From: Tubiluchus corallicola
Taxonomy: Eukaryota > Animalia > Priapulida
Assembly (NCBI GenBank): GCA_030141605.1
Contig: JAQGDQ010000002.1
Coordinates: forward strand, 1,860,001 to 1,924,000
Length of the DNA stretch: 64,000 bases
Direction of reading: 5' to 3'
Shown: one piece after another, positions 1 to 11,928 of the stretch
Numbering within the stretch: position 1 is the stretch's first letter
Layout: each line of letters begins with the position of its first letter
Position numbers and translations under genes: made by a program
The notes under the pieces: model-generated
The model's database searches: none
Told to the model about the DNA's origin: nothing
Seen by the model: the letters and a program-made list of their open reading frames with translations, nothing else

Positions 1-49
1 GTTGATTATCATGATGGTTTTTCAGTGGTCTTTTGTTTTGTCGCAGACC

Positions 50-3000
50 TCGTTAAGTTCACTCCTCATGGACTTTGTATTTTTACATTTACTGTGACTG
101 ACTGAGCAGTGGCCGTACTATAACTCATTCATCGAACAATATGAAATTCATTGAAAAAGCCTTGAAACCTCTGCTTATGATTTGGCTACAATATTTAGAA
201 TTTCTGTATTCTTCATTACGTAGTAGACAAACTAATTGAATACCACTGTTTAGTTGCCGATGTCTCGTCCTTGTGCGGTTATCTGATGTGAACCATAATG
301 ATACGGCTTACCTTGTAAAATAAACGAATGTGAGGAGGGTTTAGTTTTATAATGGCCTTTATTTGGCATTTGACGTGCAATGCATTTTAACAATTACGTT
401 GTTCTAGCAGTGGAGTCAAGAAGTCAAGAACATGAGTTTCATCAGCTGTTCAGCTATTACTCATCTCCTTTAGCCAGGTTTGAAAAGCATTAAAACGTAC
501 AGTAATTTTTTATACAAGGACTTTAATTTTTGCCTTCCATACATTCTGCTGCTGCAACTGATTGTATCAAGTCGCAACCGTCGTCGTTTAAATGACATTT
601 AGTTTTGAGAGAAAAGTGTAAAGGGAACGTTGCTGTCGCGATGTCCTTATGCTTGCATCAATAGAAAAGATACCATTCAAACATACCAAGCACATTGTTC
701 GTAATCAAAATAATACATTTGTAAGATTCGTCTTGGTTTTACACTAGAAATGGATGGACCTGGGCTTGTCTTTGTGCCAGCTATTAAAATGTGCTTTTCG
801 AACAACAACAAAACCAACAGCGTTTAACGACGACGACACTGTGTTTTTCAAATTTGAGTGCAAACATTGAGTCTCAACATGCCACTCGGTTCTTCGTTTT
901 GCAGTGACGGGGGTCAGAATAGAACAAATTCTAATTCTGACCTGTCCAGTGTAATTTAGGTATATAAATTAGAGATGCCGAGACTATTATTGTGCTATAT
1001 GTATTAATTGAGATTTTCAGATAAACGTTGTAGCTACTGTCACTATTTGTAAGTTTAGATTAGGCACGATATGTAAATGTAAGCGTCAGGTGGGAACTCA
1101 GTCGAAATCGCAAGTTTCCAAGATTTATTATTACGCACAAGGTGGCGTATACCACTAATCTTAGTCTATTTAAGTAAGCTTTCTCTAAACCTGCTGAGAC
1201 TAGTGGTAACGAAAACAGCTATGTTCTCATGGGAAGCGTTGTACTAATTTGAATATTAACGACCTGTGCTGCATGGATTACACAATCATTCACGGTTTAC
1301 CTGTTATCTCTTAATCTTGCGAATAAAGGCTCTGTTGGTCTTGGCTTAGCCTTTAATAAGCTCTGCGGTATTATAACGAAGACTAATTCAGTGACCTCGG
1401 CAAGACTTGCCAATTTAAATGCTGTAGTTACTGAATAAATTCACTAATTCAGTTTTAAGCAGTAATATTAAGTGTTTGCTCCCGTTTTGCGCTGAATTCT
1501 TATTAGTCCGACTATTGAATGAACTTAATTAAGAAACATGGAAGCTGGCTTTCGGCATCGTTTTTGTGCCAGCTCACTGCTTTTAGATATTCTACTGCAT
1601 TCTTTATATGAATAACACCTGTCGCCTTCATCGAACGGCTACAGTCGCTTGTTACGTGTGTAATTTTACTAATTTGGCAGAGCTGACGAGGTGTGTAATA
1701 AAGGTGTGTAAAACAGTCACGCTTCCTGTTGGCACAGGTAAGTGCGCCGGCGGCCCGCCTATGGTTCAAAGTCTTCGAACTTTTCCAGTTTGCACTTAGC
1801 AAGTAAAACCTAACACTTCTCAGTCACATTTCATTAAAGACTTTGGACTCGGGGGTCAGAATACCTTCCTTAAAATGACATGTAGTCATATTATCTTTGC
1901 GCAAAGTGTTTATTTCACAGATTATTTTTCCTGCTATTTTGTAAGTAGTACTTTGTGTCCGCGTTCCACATGTTGGTGGATAATGACGGTTACCCTTGTC
2001 GTCTCACTTTCTACGTTCTTTGTCTGGAATAACGTGTCCTCGTAATCATTTTATTGCCATGGAAACCGACCATTCAGTAGCACCTAGCAATTAAAAAAGT
2101 TCTCACGTTACTGTCATTTGCGCATTTTTGCCGCACGGTTGCATCTCGAGTTGATATGGCGCTGCGCTGGACTGGAGTCTGTGTGATTATTGTGTAAAAC
2201 TCCCGAAATTTATTGTAATGATAGCCGAATTATAAGCTCACGATTTTCCGAATGGCCCAACTGGACATTAAAATTTGTGTATGCAGAAAGTTTGCTGACC
2301 GGACAAAACCCCGAAATCAAACTCAATGCGAATGTATATGATTGCGTAATCCAGTGGACCAAGCGGTTAGGAAAACATGAGGAGACAAATTCAAACTTCG
2401 TTGTACATTTAAGTCGATGTTTTGTGAAATTACAAAATGTCTTCAAGACTTGTATCTGGATATAAATGACCTTTGACATGTAACAAAGAAATGATAAGAA
2501 AATGTGCCAGATTCACCGGGAAAGCGGAAGTTTCTGCAAAGCAGTATATTACTATATTTGCTACACAAAGAACAGTTTCACATTTGCTACTTTTTTGCCA
2601 AGTTGTCTACCGGCGATTTCTATAGTGTCTAGTGTTCCGCCTCTGGACAATTTTTCGTCATGTTCCCCGCTATCGCTGAAAGAAATTTTCTTTATTGTTC
2701 CTGCACACCTGGTTTAACCTGTGCTTATCCATGAAGTTAGACATGCATGCATTTCCATTCTTTCCTTTATTTGGCTTGTCCCACGATTTATGACAAAGAG
2801 TTTAAACTTTGTTTGCACTTTTACGTTTGGACACTTTTAAAGCTCCAAAGTGCAAATTTTGCCCACATTAGGAGATTAACAAAGTACAGCTTTGGGTCTT
2901 GTTGCATTTGTTTGGCAGGATAATGAGCTTGCCTTCGGTGTGTAAAGAACCTGCTTGCGGTGTAAAGGTCTTTGGTTGCTATGCAAAGTTCTTAAGTTCT

Positions 3001-3050
3001 GATCGTGTGGGAGGATGGTTGTTGTACCAGCTACTCTAGAGGCTGTCTCA
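50..3050 (+). ncRNA. Candidate microRNA-like hairpin cluster, block 1 (about 20-25 imperfect stem-loops, ~100-150 nt spacing)
   Basis: Manually paired arms: TTGGC..TTGAC..AACAA/TTGTT..GTCAA..GTCAA (363-427); TATTGTGCT/GGCACGATA with inner CAGATA/TATTTG (988-1071); TACCACTA/TAGTGGTA with TCTTAG/CTGAGA (1150-1208); AGCTGGC/GCCAGCT (1543-1574); ACACCT-GTCG/TGAC-G-AGGTGT (1615-1694); AAGTTGTCTA..GGCG/CGCC..TGGACAATTT (2600-2653). Many pairs are G-U and so work only on the + strand. No convincing ORF. No known miRNA family recognised. Confidence 0.45.
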
Positions 3051-3516
3051 AAATTAAGCTTTTAGTTAAGCTTATAAGCAAATGTAACTTGAATTACTCA
3101 AGCAAAAAACAAAACAAAACAAAGTTTTCTCTGTTGCTTCACCACTTTTACTTTTTATTTTTTTATAAATGATTGCTTATCTTGATGTCTAAACTCGGAT
3201 TACTGGTGATAAAAGTGAAACTGATAAAAGGCATCCAATTTTAAACTTAACGGGAATTTTAATGATAAACTCAGATAAAGCTTGTTAACAAACATAATTG
3301 CGCGCTGTGCTATTTGTGTGTACTGGTTAAACAGGTTTTCGAATTTGGTAATTTCGCAGTTAAAAATATAATTCTATTTTCATTTTCCAAAAAAGTGGAT
3401 TTGACACAATCAATGAAATTACAAGAGAGAACTTGTTTAATTTTTTAACAGGTTGATGACAGGCTTGTAACAAATAGCATTATGAGGCACTGGACGTGGG
3501 ACGTCATACTCACCAT

Positions 3517-4480
3517 ACACTGTTAGAAATAAAGGTTTTTCTAGTGTTTCCAATGAAAAACCCTTAAGGGCTTTTAAGAAAGACCCCAAATATAAAAAAA
3601 ACTTTGGTGTGTTTCTTTGAAAAAAAACCTTTACAGAAAACTCCAAATGAAAAGTTATTTTGAAAAAAAAATCCTTTTGCAAGGGTACTAGCCTGGTTGG
3701 TAAACTGTCATTTTAATGTTTCTCACTATTTTACTTATCATCACTGAAATTACTGAAACACATTTTGTCAAACATTTAATGCCACTTCTAATGCTTCATT
3801 TTGCACAAATAGTTTTTGCGACATTTTGATATAGCAACTCTTAAAATGATAAATAAAAAACAACAAAACACCAAAATTATTGCTCATATAAAAACTATTT
3901 AAAATGAATAAAAACAGTACATTGCACACTCGTTATGCAAGTTTATAATTAAATATGTAGGCATAAAATACGAAGAAACACACAAAATTAATATAACTGA
4001 TAATGCAGATTAAGTTATGTTAAGTTATTAGAAGATGTTTTCAAGTGTTTTAAATAAATACAATGAACGATCACAAAAAAATCACTGTTAACATCAATAC
4101 ATGTGCGCACTGCGACACTGTTGATACTATATACACTGCATAGTGTATACTGTGTTTTGTGCACATTTACTTAATTTTGAGCCCGGTAGCTCTTGGATTC
4201 ACTTGAGCCGGCACTTTGCACGGGTGCCTACCAATAAATTGTTTATTTTGGCTGGGTAGTGCAATGCAAATGCCCAAAAGCATTCGAACCAAGTTTGGGC
4301 GCTGCACTACTGAGTTTTTTGCCGTCGTCCTTAGTAATTCCTTTTCCTCTATTAAAACTTGGTATCTGCCGTCTACTGCCAATATAACTGGTGATGGCCC
4401 CTTTATATTCTGCAATAACAGGTGTAGACGCAATAAAAATCTTTTGCATGACATTAGCATAAAAAACAGGTCTTAACTAA
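3517..4480 (-). mobile_element. Degraded CMC/EnSpm-like DNA transposon remnant
   Basis: CACTGTTAGAAA-type terminus at ~3518 followed by AAAAACC-rich subterminal repeats. Minus-strand frames joined across a frameshift read ...PSPVILAVDGRYQVLIEEKELL.../..AQTWFECFWAFALHYPAKINNLL, which resembles the accessory ORF of animal EnSpm elements (family recognised from memory). Confidence 0.4.
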
Positions 4481-5418
4481 TATAGTACCTGCAGCAAAAA
4501 TTGTGAACATCAAGTAAAAATTTGCCAACGATGTTTACACCCATTAAAATATGAACTCATCATTTAAATCATTAGATACTGTCTGAAAAACTCTAATTTA
4601 AAGCATTTTATTTTATAGCCCAGGCGGTATACATATTATTGGTTGTTCATATTGTTGATCAATCTAATGTAAATTTCGTGATTTCGCAATCATATCAAAT
4701 TAAATGTTTTGTACATTAATAAATACCCGGCTGCATTATACAAGTATTTAGATGAGAATTTTTGGAAATGGTACATAGGCAAGGTTTTTCACGTGTTGCG
4801 AGAAAACTGTCAAAACGGAAATTTGAATTCGACTTTTCGACAAACTCCTTTGCAAGGAATTCATGCTGCAGCGAATATGTGTATGTGTGCTGTATATATA
4901 AATAAGTTCGCATGTGGGTTTAAAAAAACTTGCTTTTCAAAACAAGCGAGCTTATTTACCTAGGCGCAGTAATGAAAGCAGGGGCAATGCAATACAATTC
5001 GGAATATTTGAGAATGGGGGGTAAGACTGTAGATTCTATGGAAACTACCCACGATGTACGCAAATCTGTCAACACTTGATACACACAATTGATACGACTA
5101 CTGTAATAATACAAATATATACGTCTCAGCAATGCGAGTCATGATGTGCACGGCTAAATTTCTCAGGTCCTGCAGAAGGATTCCAACTTGGCAAAGCTCT
5201 GAGGTGTACTAGTTATTAATCATTTGAAAACTGAGTCCGGCTCAACACGCTACATGCAGCAAAGCAACACTATTTGATTGGTAACCCGTGTGGGCATGCC
5301 CACTGTGTGACATATTTAATTATACCTCTAGATTATGCGGGTATTTGTCAAAGAAAAAGGATCTCTGCGTTTATTGGTCTTTACATGAAGTTCGAGAGTT
5401 CTCCTTGCTTTTTTCTTA

Positions 5419-5560
<142 letters not shown>

Positions 5561-7499
5561 GTTCATTTAAGCGTTTATGGTGCCAACATTGCACGCTAGT
5601 TGATTATAATTGTTAATTCAAACCTTTATTTCCTGTACTGCATTGTCGAGATGACAAAGCAAGCCTTGTTGAAATGCAGACAGTGTACAGTTTTAAAACC
5701 CTATTAAAATGTACACTGATTATTTTGTTAGCTGCTGTAAATGGCTACATTATCCTACACACACTTTTGAACATCTGCCTGTAAATTACTGTGTAGCCAC
5801 TTTTCATTCAGAGATTTCTGGTTGAGTTGAGTAATTTCCTCTGCTTATTAAATATTCTATTTGAATACCTGTAACGAATGTTTCCTGGCAGATGTGTATA
5901 AAGGTTGCTGTAATAATAAATTTGAAAACTACTTTTAACTCACTACTTCATAATTATTTTGAAATAGTATTTCCAAGCGCTTTAAAAACCACTTAGGCCT
6001 ACAAAGTATGGCTGGTCATTATTTTCTTCAATATAGTGAGAAACTTATCTATCATGTCGTAACGATGTAATGATTTATTTCCTTCTGTACAGACAGACAA
6101 TCAACTTACATGATACCTAACAATAATTATTAATTTATTATGGTCATGTCTTATAGTAATTAATTATTTTCAACGTATTTATAATTTTGTGACTATGAAT
6201 TATTATAGTACAAAATACAAAGATAAAACTATTATTAATAGAGCGCTACATAAAAGGATTGTGAACGTTGAGCATATAAATTTTTACTTTTCTCAATTTT
6301 TAATAAAAATGTAGATTAAATTAAACCGTTGCTACTATACTAATGAATTTTTCACAGTACACTGCCAAGCATTTTCTATGCAGTCATTGCATTTATAACC
6401 CATTACCCAAATTATTATGCATTGTATGACAGCATGATAATTTAACGATACCAGTAAATAACTTGTGACTGCAAAGTCATTTATCGGTATCATTAATTAG
6501 CTTTGACCATTTTTGTTATTTTTGATAATTCAATATTTGGTTGTAACTTCAGTAAACCATTAGCTAAGGTATGTCGTCATTATAGTCAGCAGGCTTACAG
6601 TAGAACGTATTTTCTAGTCTGGAATTAGATTTACGATGTTGAATTGAAATTATTTTGTAAGACAATCTTTAATATCGGGTATTGTAAAGGGGAGTATTGT
6701 GTGGTTTTTGCAAAAACAACATTTGAATATAAAAAACTTTCTATACGTGCGCTGCAGGACAGGGATGGCTTCTTAGAAAGGTAATCTACGGCATTTTGGA
6801 ATCTTCATTACTTTGTAAGCACGCCTTTTTTTCTCGTAAGGGCTTTCGGTTTGATTGTTATGATGTCCATGTAAACAAGCATTCTATTGTGCTTCGTTGT
6901 CATACTCACGTTACTCATCGTTTGACGTTTGCTGATATACTATACTGTCTGCTAATTGACCTGTAGATTAGCAAATTAGTGACTAATTTTGAAAAGTTGT
7001 AAGCTGAAATTTCATCCCTGGCTCTGTGAACAGTGTTATCACCGCTATTATCATCACTCTGATACTGGCGCGGTCTAAGTTTCCCTCCGGTAATATGATA
7101 CAGTTTCAGCCTAGTAGAACTAGATTGTCTACATTTATGGCCTAGTATAGGGCTATCTAGTTGATCGTGAATGATGAAAAGTTGTTTGAATAAATGGATT
7201 AGCCCTGCAGCATTGAAATTGTCCTACCACGGTACCTTTTGTGTTGGTGGCTTGCAGGTACAACTAGTTGCAGTACAATGGTTTGTTCTGGAAATTGGAA
7301 TGTTGAGTTGATAGCTCATGGCATCGCAAACTTTCACTTTTCTCTTTCGATGCCACCGTGAAAGTTTTGGCACTTATGTAATTTTTATGTACGTTCTCGA
7401 GTGTAATTTGGGTAATTATTATATTCCTTATTTGACTTTTCTTGCTGCTGTTTCGAGAAAAGTACGGTTTAATGACGCATTCTGTTCTGCGTCATTAAA

Positions 7500-7612
7500 C
7501 TCCGTGAAAGTTTTTGCACTTATGTCACAATTAATTTTGGTTAGGGTTATTTATTTTAACTGTGCCTTTCTTTTCCTGTGACTTTTTACCTGTGCCTTTT
7601 TTACTTGGATTC
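7500..7612. mobile_element. Possible MULE/MuDR-like non-autonomous element terminus
   Basis: Tandem subterminal units (TTTT)ACCTGTGCC/TTTCCTGTGAC ending in TTGGATTC and preceded by GGTTAGGGTTA; this pattern is typical of animal MITE ends. Confidence 0.3.
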
Positions 7613-9151
7613 GTTTTCTGTGTCGGTGTGTAGCGAGCGCATACACACGCAGACACAACGTTGTAAGTTCAGTTCTTTGCTGTTTATGCAATCGTGTGTT
7701 CTATTGTAACTATTGATCCGAGCCACTTTTCCAGGTAATCACTTGATTCTAGCAGAAGCCATTCCGTCCATTGTGCTGCCTAATGCAGATATTCATAGTT
7801 CATAGTATGACAGTAGATGCTCTATCTGGCTATTATAATACCGGGTTACTAATCATGTATTATACTTGCCTTACGCGCAAGCAGAATTTCTGCTATTAAT
7901 TTTAGTAACAAAGTGTTTATAAAAGGCAGTGAATTTTAAAAATTTGCCATCACACACTGATTAACTCTATTAATTACAGTATCTAACTAACTATATTCAA
8001 ATAAGTTATGTGAAAATGAGTGTTCTCCATTGTTTGTTTTTTCACGAGCTGTCTTGTGTTATTCGCAACAGTTTAAATTTCTCAATGTTTTACAAACAAG
8101 GTAAATCAATGTGGCAAATCTCAAACTTGACATATCGTACGCTTCCGCTAAAATTCGACATCAGTAGTAGGTCCTACTATTCTGCTGCGTGTGCTGTATT
8201 CCGGTTTGGAGTATGTTGAATAACACAGTTACATGTTTAAAAATATTAGATACGTTTGAATGGTTAAAGGTCGTACTTTGGTAAACGTAAAGACATTTAT
8301 GTACATATAAAGACCAAAATAAAATAATATCATCGACTTACAAGTGCAAACATTCTTTATACTGATCGATAAGACTTTAAAACTGGCTGTTATAATTAAA
8401 ACCTTCAAACTTGCAAAACCGATATTGTTTTACCGGTTAAGCATAACTTTATCATTAAATGTTATGAGATTACTCTCTTATGGTTTAATATGACACCTGC
8501 GTGGAAAAGTTCGAGCTCCCTTGAAGCAGTGATAATAATTGCTCAGAAATGCCACTTTTAATGGGATTTCTTGTTATCTCGGATGTGCCGTTGGCATGGC
8601 AACGTCAGCTTCCTCGGGAGACGAGCCTTGAGCAGCATCCTGGTTGTAGCCTATTATAAACACCTTGCATTGTGTGACGTAATTTTCTGTTGTTGATGAT
8701 TGTATTTTTGTTTCATCCTGTTGTTATATAGTCTTTGTGTTATAAGCTTATCACATTAGTGCCGGGGCACCTGATTGAAACATTTTCTGAACTTAAAATC
8801 CTCCAATAAAAGTGTAATAAAAATTACAAAATGATCAGTTGCGATATATCACCATAAACTATTATTCCTAAGATATTACTTTTTTAAATTAAAACATGTC
8901 GCAAGAATTATTCTCTGAATGTCATAACTATTAGCACGTGCTGCGTTTATTAAATAAATGTACTAGCTACTGTTAGACTGTTACAATTTTTAAGTAATTT
9001 TGTATATGTGACTGCTTATTGTATTCAAATGATATTTTCCTGTTTTACTGTACAAGTGTATCTGCTTTACCATTGACAAAGAATGAGAGTTTATTATACT
9101 TTTTCATGTGTTTATGCTGTATTAGCAACATTCTTTTTATTGCGTTTTCAG

Positions 9152-10930
9152 ATGTTGTCTAGTAACCATGGCAAGGAAATTCAAGCGTCGCAGGAAGCCG
9201 CCATCATCTGTTGTTAAAGCAAGAGTGACTAAATAATTTAAATCACCACGTGTCACCAACCGAGTTTCTTGTCATCTTTCAGCTCTTTTATTACATTAAT
9301 ATTCTGCACTGTGTTAATTTTTTGTAACTTTTGTACATGTTATCCAAGATCAGTTATTTGCAGATTATGTGATTAATTGTAAGAACGTGATAAATTGCAG
9401 AATTGTGGATTGTTGCTCTTGCAGTACCAGGTATGATATCTTGAACTTACATCATAATTGTATGTTGTTCCAATAATTTATGATTTTGGCATAAATATAT
9501 TGAGCAAAATAGCTGCACGAGTTGAAGTGAACACGTGCATGCACTGCTCATAATGATGTCGTAGTATATTGTTTACAATTACCGTATTTTCCCATGTATA
9601 AGAGACCCCTTCAATTTTTAGGCAAAAATTCTGGAAAAAAGTTTTTTGGTAATGAATAACTTTATTCATCATAGAAATCATTAAATTCCTCATCACTCTC
9701 ATCAAAAATATCAACTGGAGTCAGACCTTCAGCAATTCCAGCCAGTTCATCTCATCATCAGAGGAGTCACTCTGCTCAAAAATGGCATTGTCCTCTGTGC
9801 CGTCCATGGCATTGGAGATGCCTCACTTCTTGAAAGATTTAATAATGACCTCTGGCTTTACACCATTCCATGCCTTGAGGACCCAGCTGCAGACTTCTCC
9901 AGGTTTGGCCAAGACTTACTCCCATGTATAAGAGACCCCCTATTTTTAAAGTGAAAATTCTGAGCAAAAAAGGGTCTCTTATACGCAGGAAAATACGGTA
10001 ATTACATGCATTACTGAATACCATTATACATTGTTTCAGAAATATAGATATTTTTAATTACCAGGTGCCATGGGACGTTTTTCTGGTCAAAAAGACTTCA
10101 CTGTTCAGAAGTAGGTTATTTGTAATATCATATTTGTTATAGTAATTATTAAACAGCTGAAGCTATGTGTTATAAACAATTTTTTGAAAATTTTACATGT
10201 AAACATGAAATATTAGTAATGACTGTTGAACACTAGAAGAAGTCTGTCTCTGCACTACCTACATGCCACATAATATCAGATCATTGAGAATAACTAACTC
10301 CAAATGTAAAACTAAATGCAAAAAGTGCTTTAATAATTGTGACCATATTGCTGCATACAAGAAAATTACTGGTAATTGTAATTAAAGATTGCTTGTGATT
10401 TTCAGTTAATTAGCTGTGATAGATTACGTACATTCTATTTTCACATTATCTGCAATAGTAATGGCCATTGATGATGGTTCACTTGGCACTTCCGAAATTT
10501 TTAGTAACAAGTGTTCAATAACAGTCTATTGTTGTGGTGTAGTCGATCTGTGGCCATTATAACTAATATTCATTTTTTGTTTTACAGAGTCACAGCGCTT
10601 AACATTTATGAATATTTGATTATTGTTAACGTTAAAAGTCGTTATTTTTGTTGTTGACATTTGATCTTGTACGTTTTATTATATTATAATTACTGTATGT
10701 ATTTTTGTCTTTAGACGTTTTCCCATGTTGCTAGTGTTATTGATGCTCATTATAGTCATGGTTATGTAGAACGATGGCATACAGTGCATTACAAGATTGT
10801 GTGCTTTGCTACTTTTTTGGTATCGTGTATAAAAATCAAAATAAACCCCATTTACCTGATGTACATTAGACATATAGATTGCTTGTTTTTATTTTTGTCT
10901 GGTTATCAGAAGACTGCTGTGAATAAATGA
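9152..10930 (+). ncRNA. Possible spliced non-coding (host) transcript 3' exons
   Basis: Strong acceptor TTGCGTTTTCAG|9152; donor CAG|GTATGA at 9430; exon 10065-10110 (TACCAG| ... |GTAGGT); acceptor TTTGTTTTACAG|10588; AATAAA at 10922. No long ORF. Confidence 0.3.
9582..9998 (-). mobile_element. Non-autonomous pogo/Tigger (Tc1-mariner superfamily) element with TIRs and a transposase C-terminal remnant
   Basis: TIRs CCGTATTTTCCCATGTATAAGAGACCC ... GGGTCTCTTATACGCAGGAAAATACGG, flanked by a TA duplication (9580-81 and 9999-10000). Internal minus-strand peptide KPGEVCSWVLKAWNGVKPEVIIKSFKK*GISNAMDGTED plus an acidic tail, typical of the pogo transposase C-terminus. Confidence 0.88.
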
Positions 10931-11826
10931 GTTTTATGTTTAAGATTTGTGGTAAATCAGGTAACAACAAGTATTTTCAATTTGCATTAACAATTATGTA
11001 CATATATTTCTAGAAAGCACGCTTGATCGTTTTCATAATCACCTTTGTCCATTATTTAGTGCAAAAAATAAAAGCTAAACAGTTTCTTACTTCATCAAAT
11101 GACAACAATAAAATACTAATAACTTCATGATCAAAAAAGTTTTCAAGGACACTAATTCACACATACACTTTGTCCTTTGTGGAAGGAGGAACGGTCCGAA
11201 TAATTGTTTATTATTTCTATATAATTATGTTACACCAGCATTGGTTAACCGTCCTGAAAAACTTAAACAGTAAGAAAATAATATTTCTCCCAAACAACAA
11301 CTGGAAAACACTGCACAATTCTTATATTCCTCAAGAATGGGTTTTTCGATATTAGACAGCTGCTGGAACTCTGGAGCATAGTAATGGAAAGTATGGCACA
11401 ATATTCAAGTATCATCGAGTTCCTAACAATAACAGCTAAAAAACATGATTAACATTCTACCTTCTCCCCATTTTCAGATCTAGCAACTGTCATGATCTAT
11501 ATTTTCCGCACCATTAGGAACAGAAACTAACTAATTTTGCTGTTATCTGTATCTTTGTATTTTATGTTCCAGCAGTAACTGTTATCTGGTATAATTTTAC
11601 CAAAAAGTAACACGTGTGTGGAAGGTGGTGACCAACATTCTGCGACCAATGGGCAGAAACGTGTGCGTCTGAAACTCCCTAAACACATATCATGTGCTTA
11701 AGTTATTAAAACTACAACATTTCCATCTCAAGGTGAATTTAATTCTATGTTTGTAATGAACAAATTAGGTCTAGTGGCTATACTAGCCAAAGAGCATTCA
11801 ATAGGTGACTAACATGAAGGTTTGAG

Positions 11827-11928
11827 CTACTTCATTGTTGGAAAGTCGACCTGAGCCTTGGTGTCTGTAGCGTCCTCTGCTTTCCATAACGAAGTAACAG
11901 TTTTCACTTGGGTGTAAAACTGGACTCC
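11827..11928 (-). CDS. ALDH6A1: ALDH6A1 last coding exon ([16 protein letters not shown]...FPTMK*)
   Basis: Conserved C-terminus; TAG stop at 11829-11827. Confidence 0.95.
   Translation of the reverse strand, partial: GVQFYTQVKTVTSLWKAEDATDTKAQVDFPTMK

Noticed and set aside
1739-1760. TAAGTGCG resembling the miR-430/302 seed
   Set aside because: Only a 7-nt match, and the rest is unlike those families; no known miRNA could be assigned.
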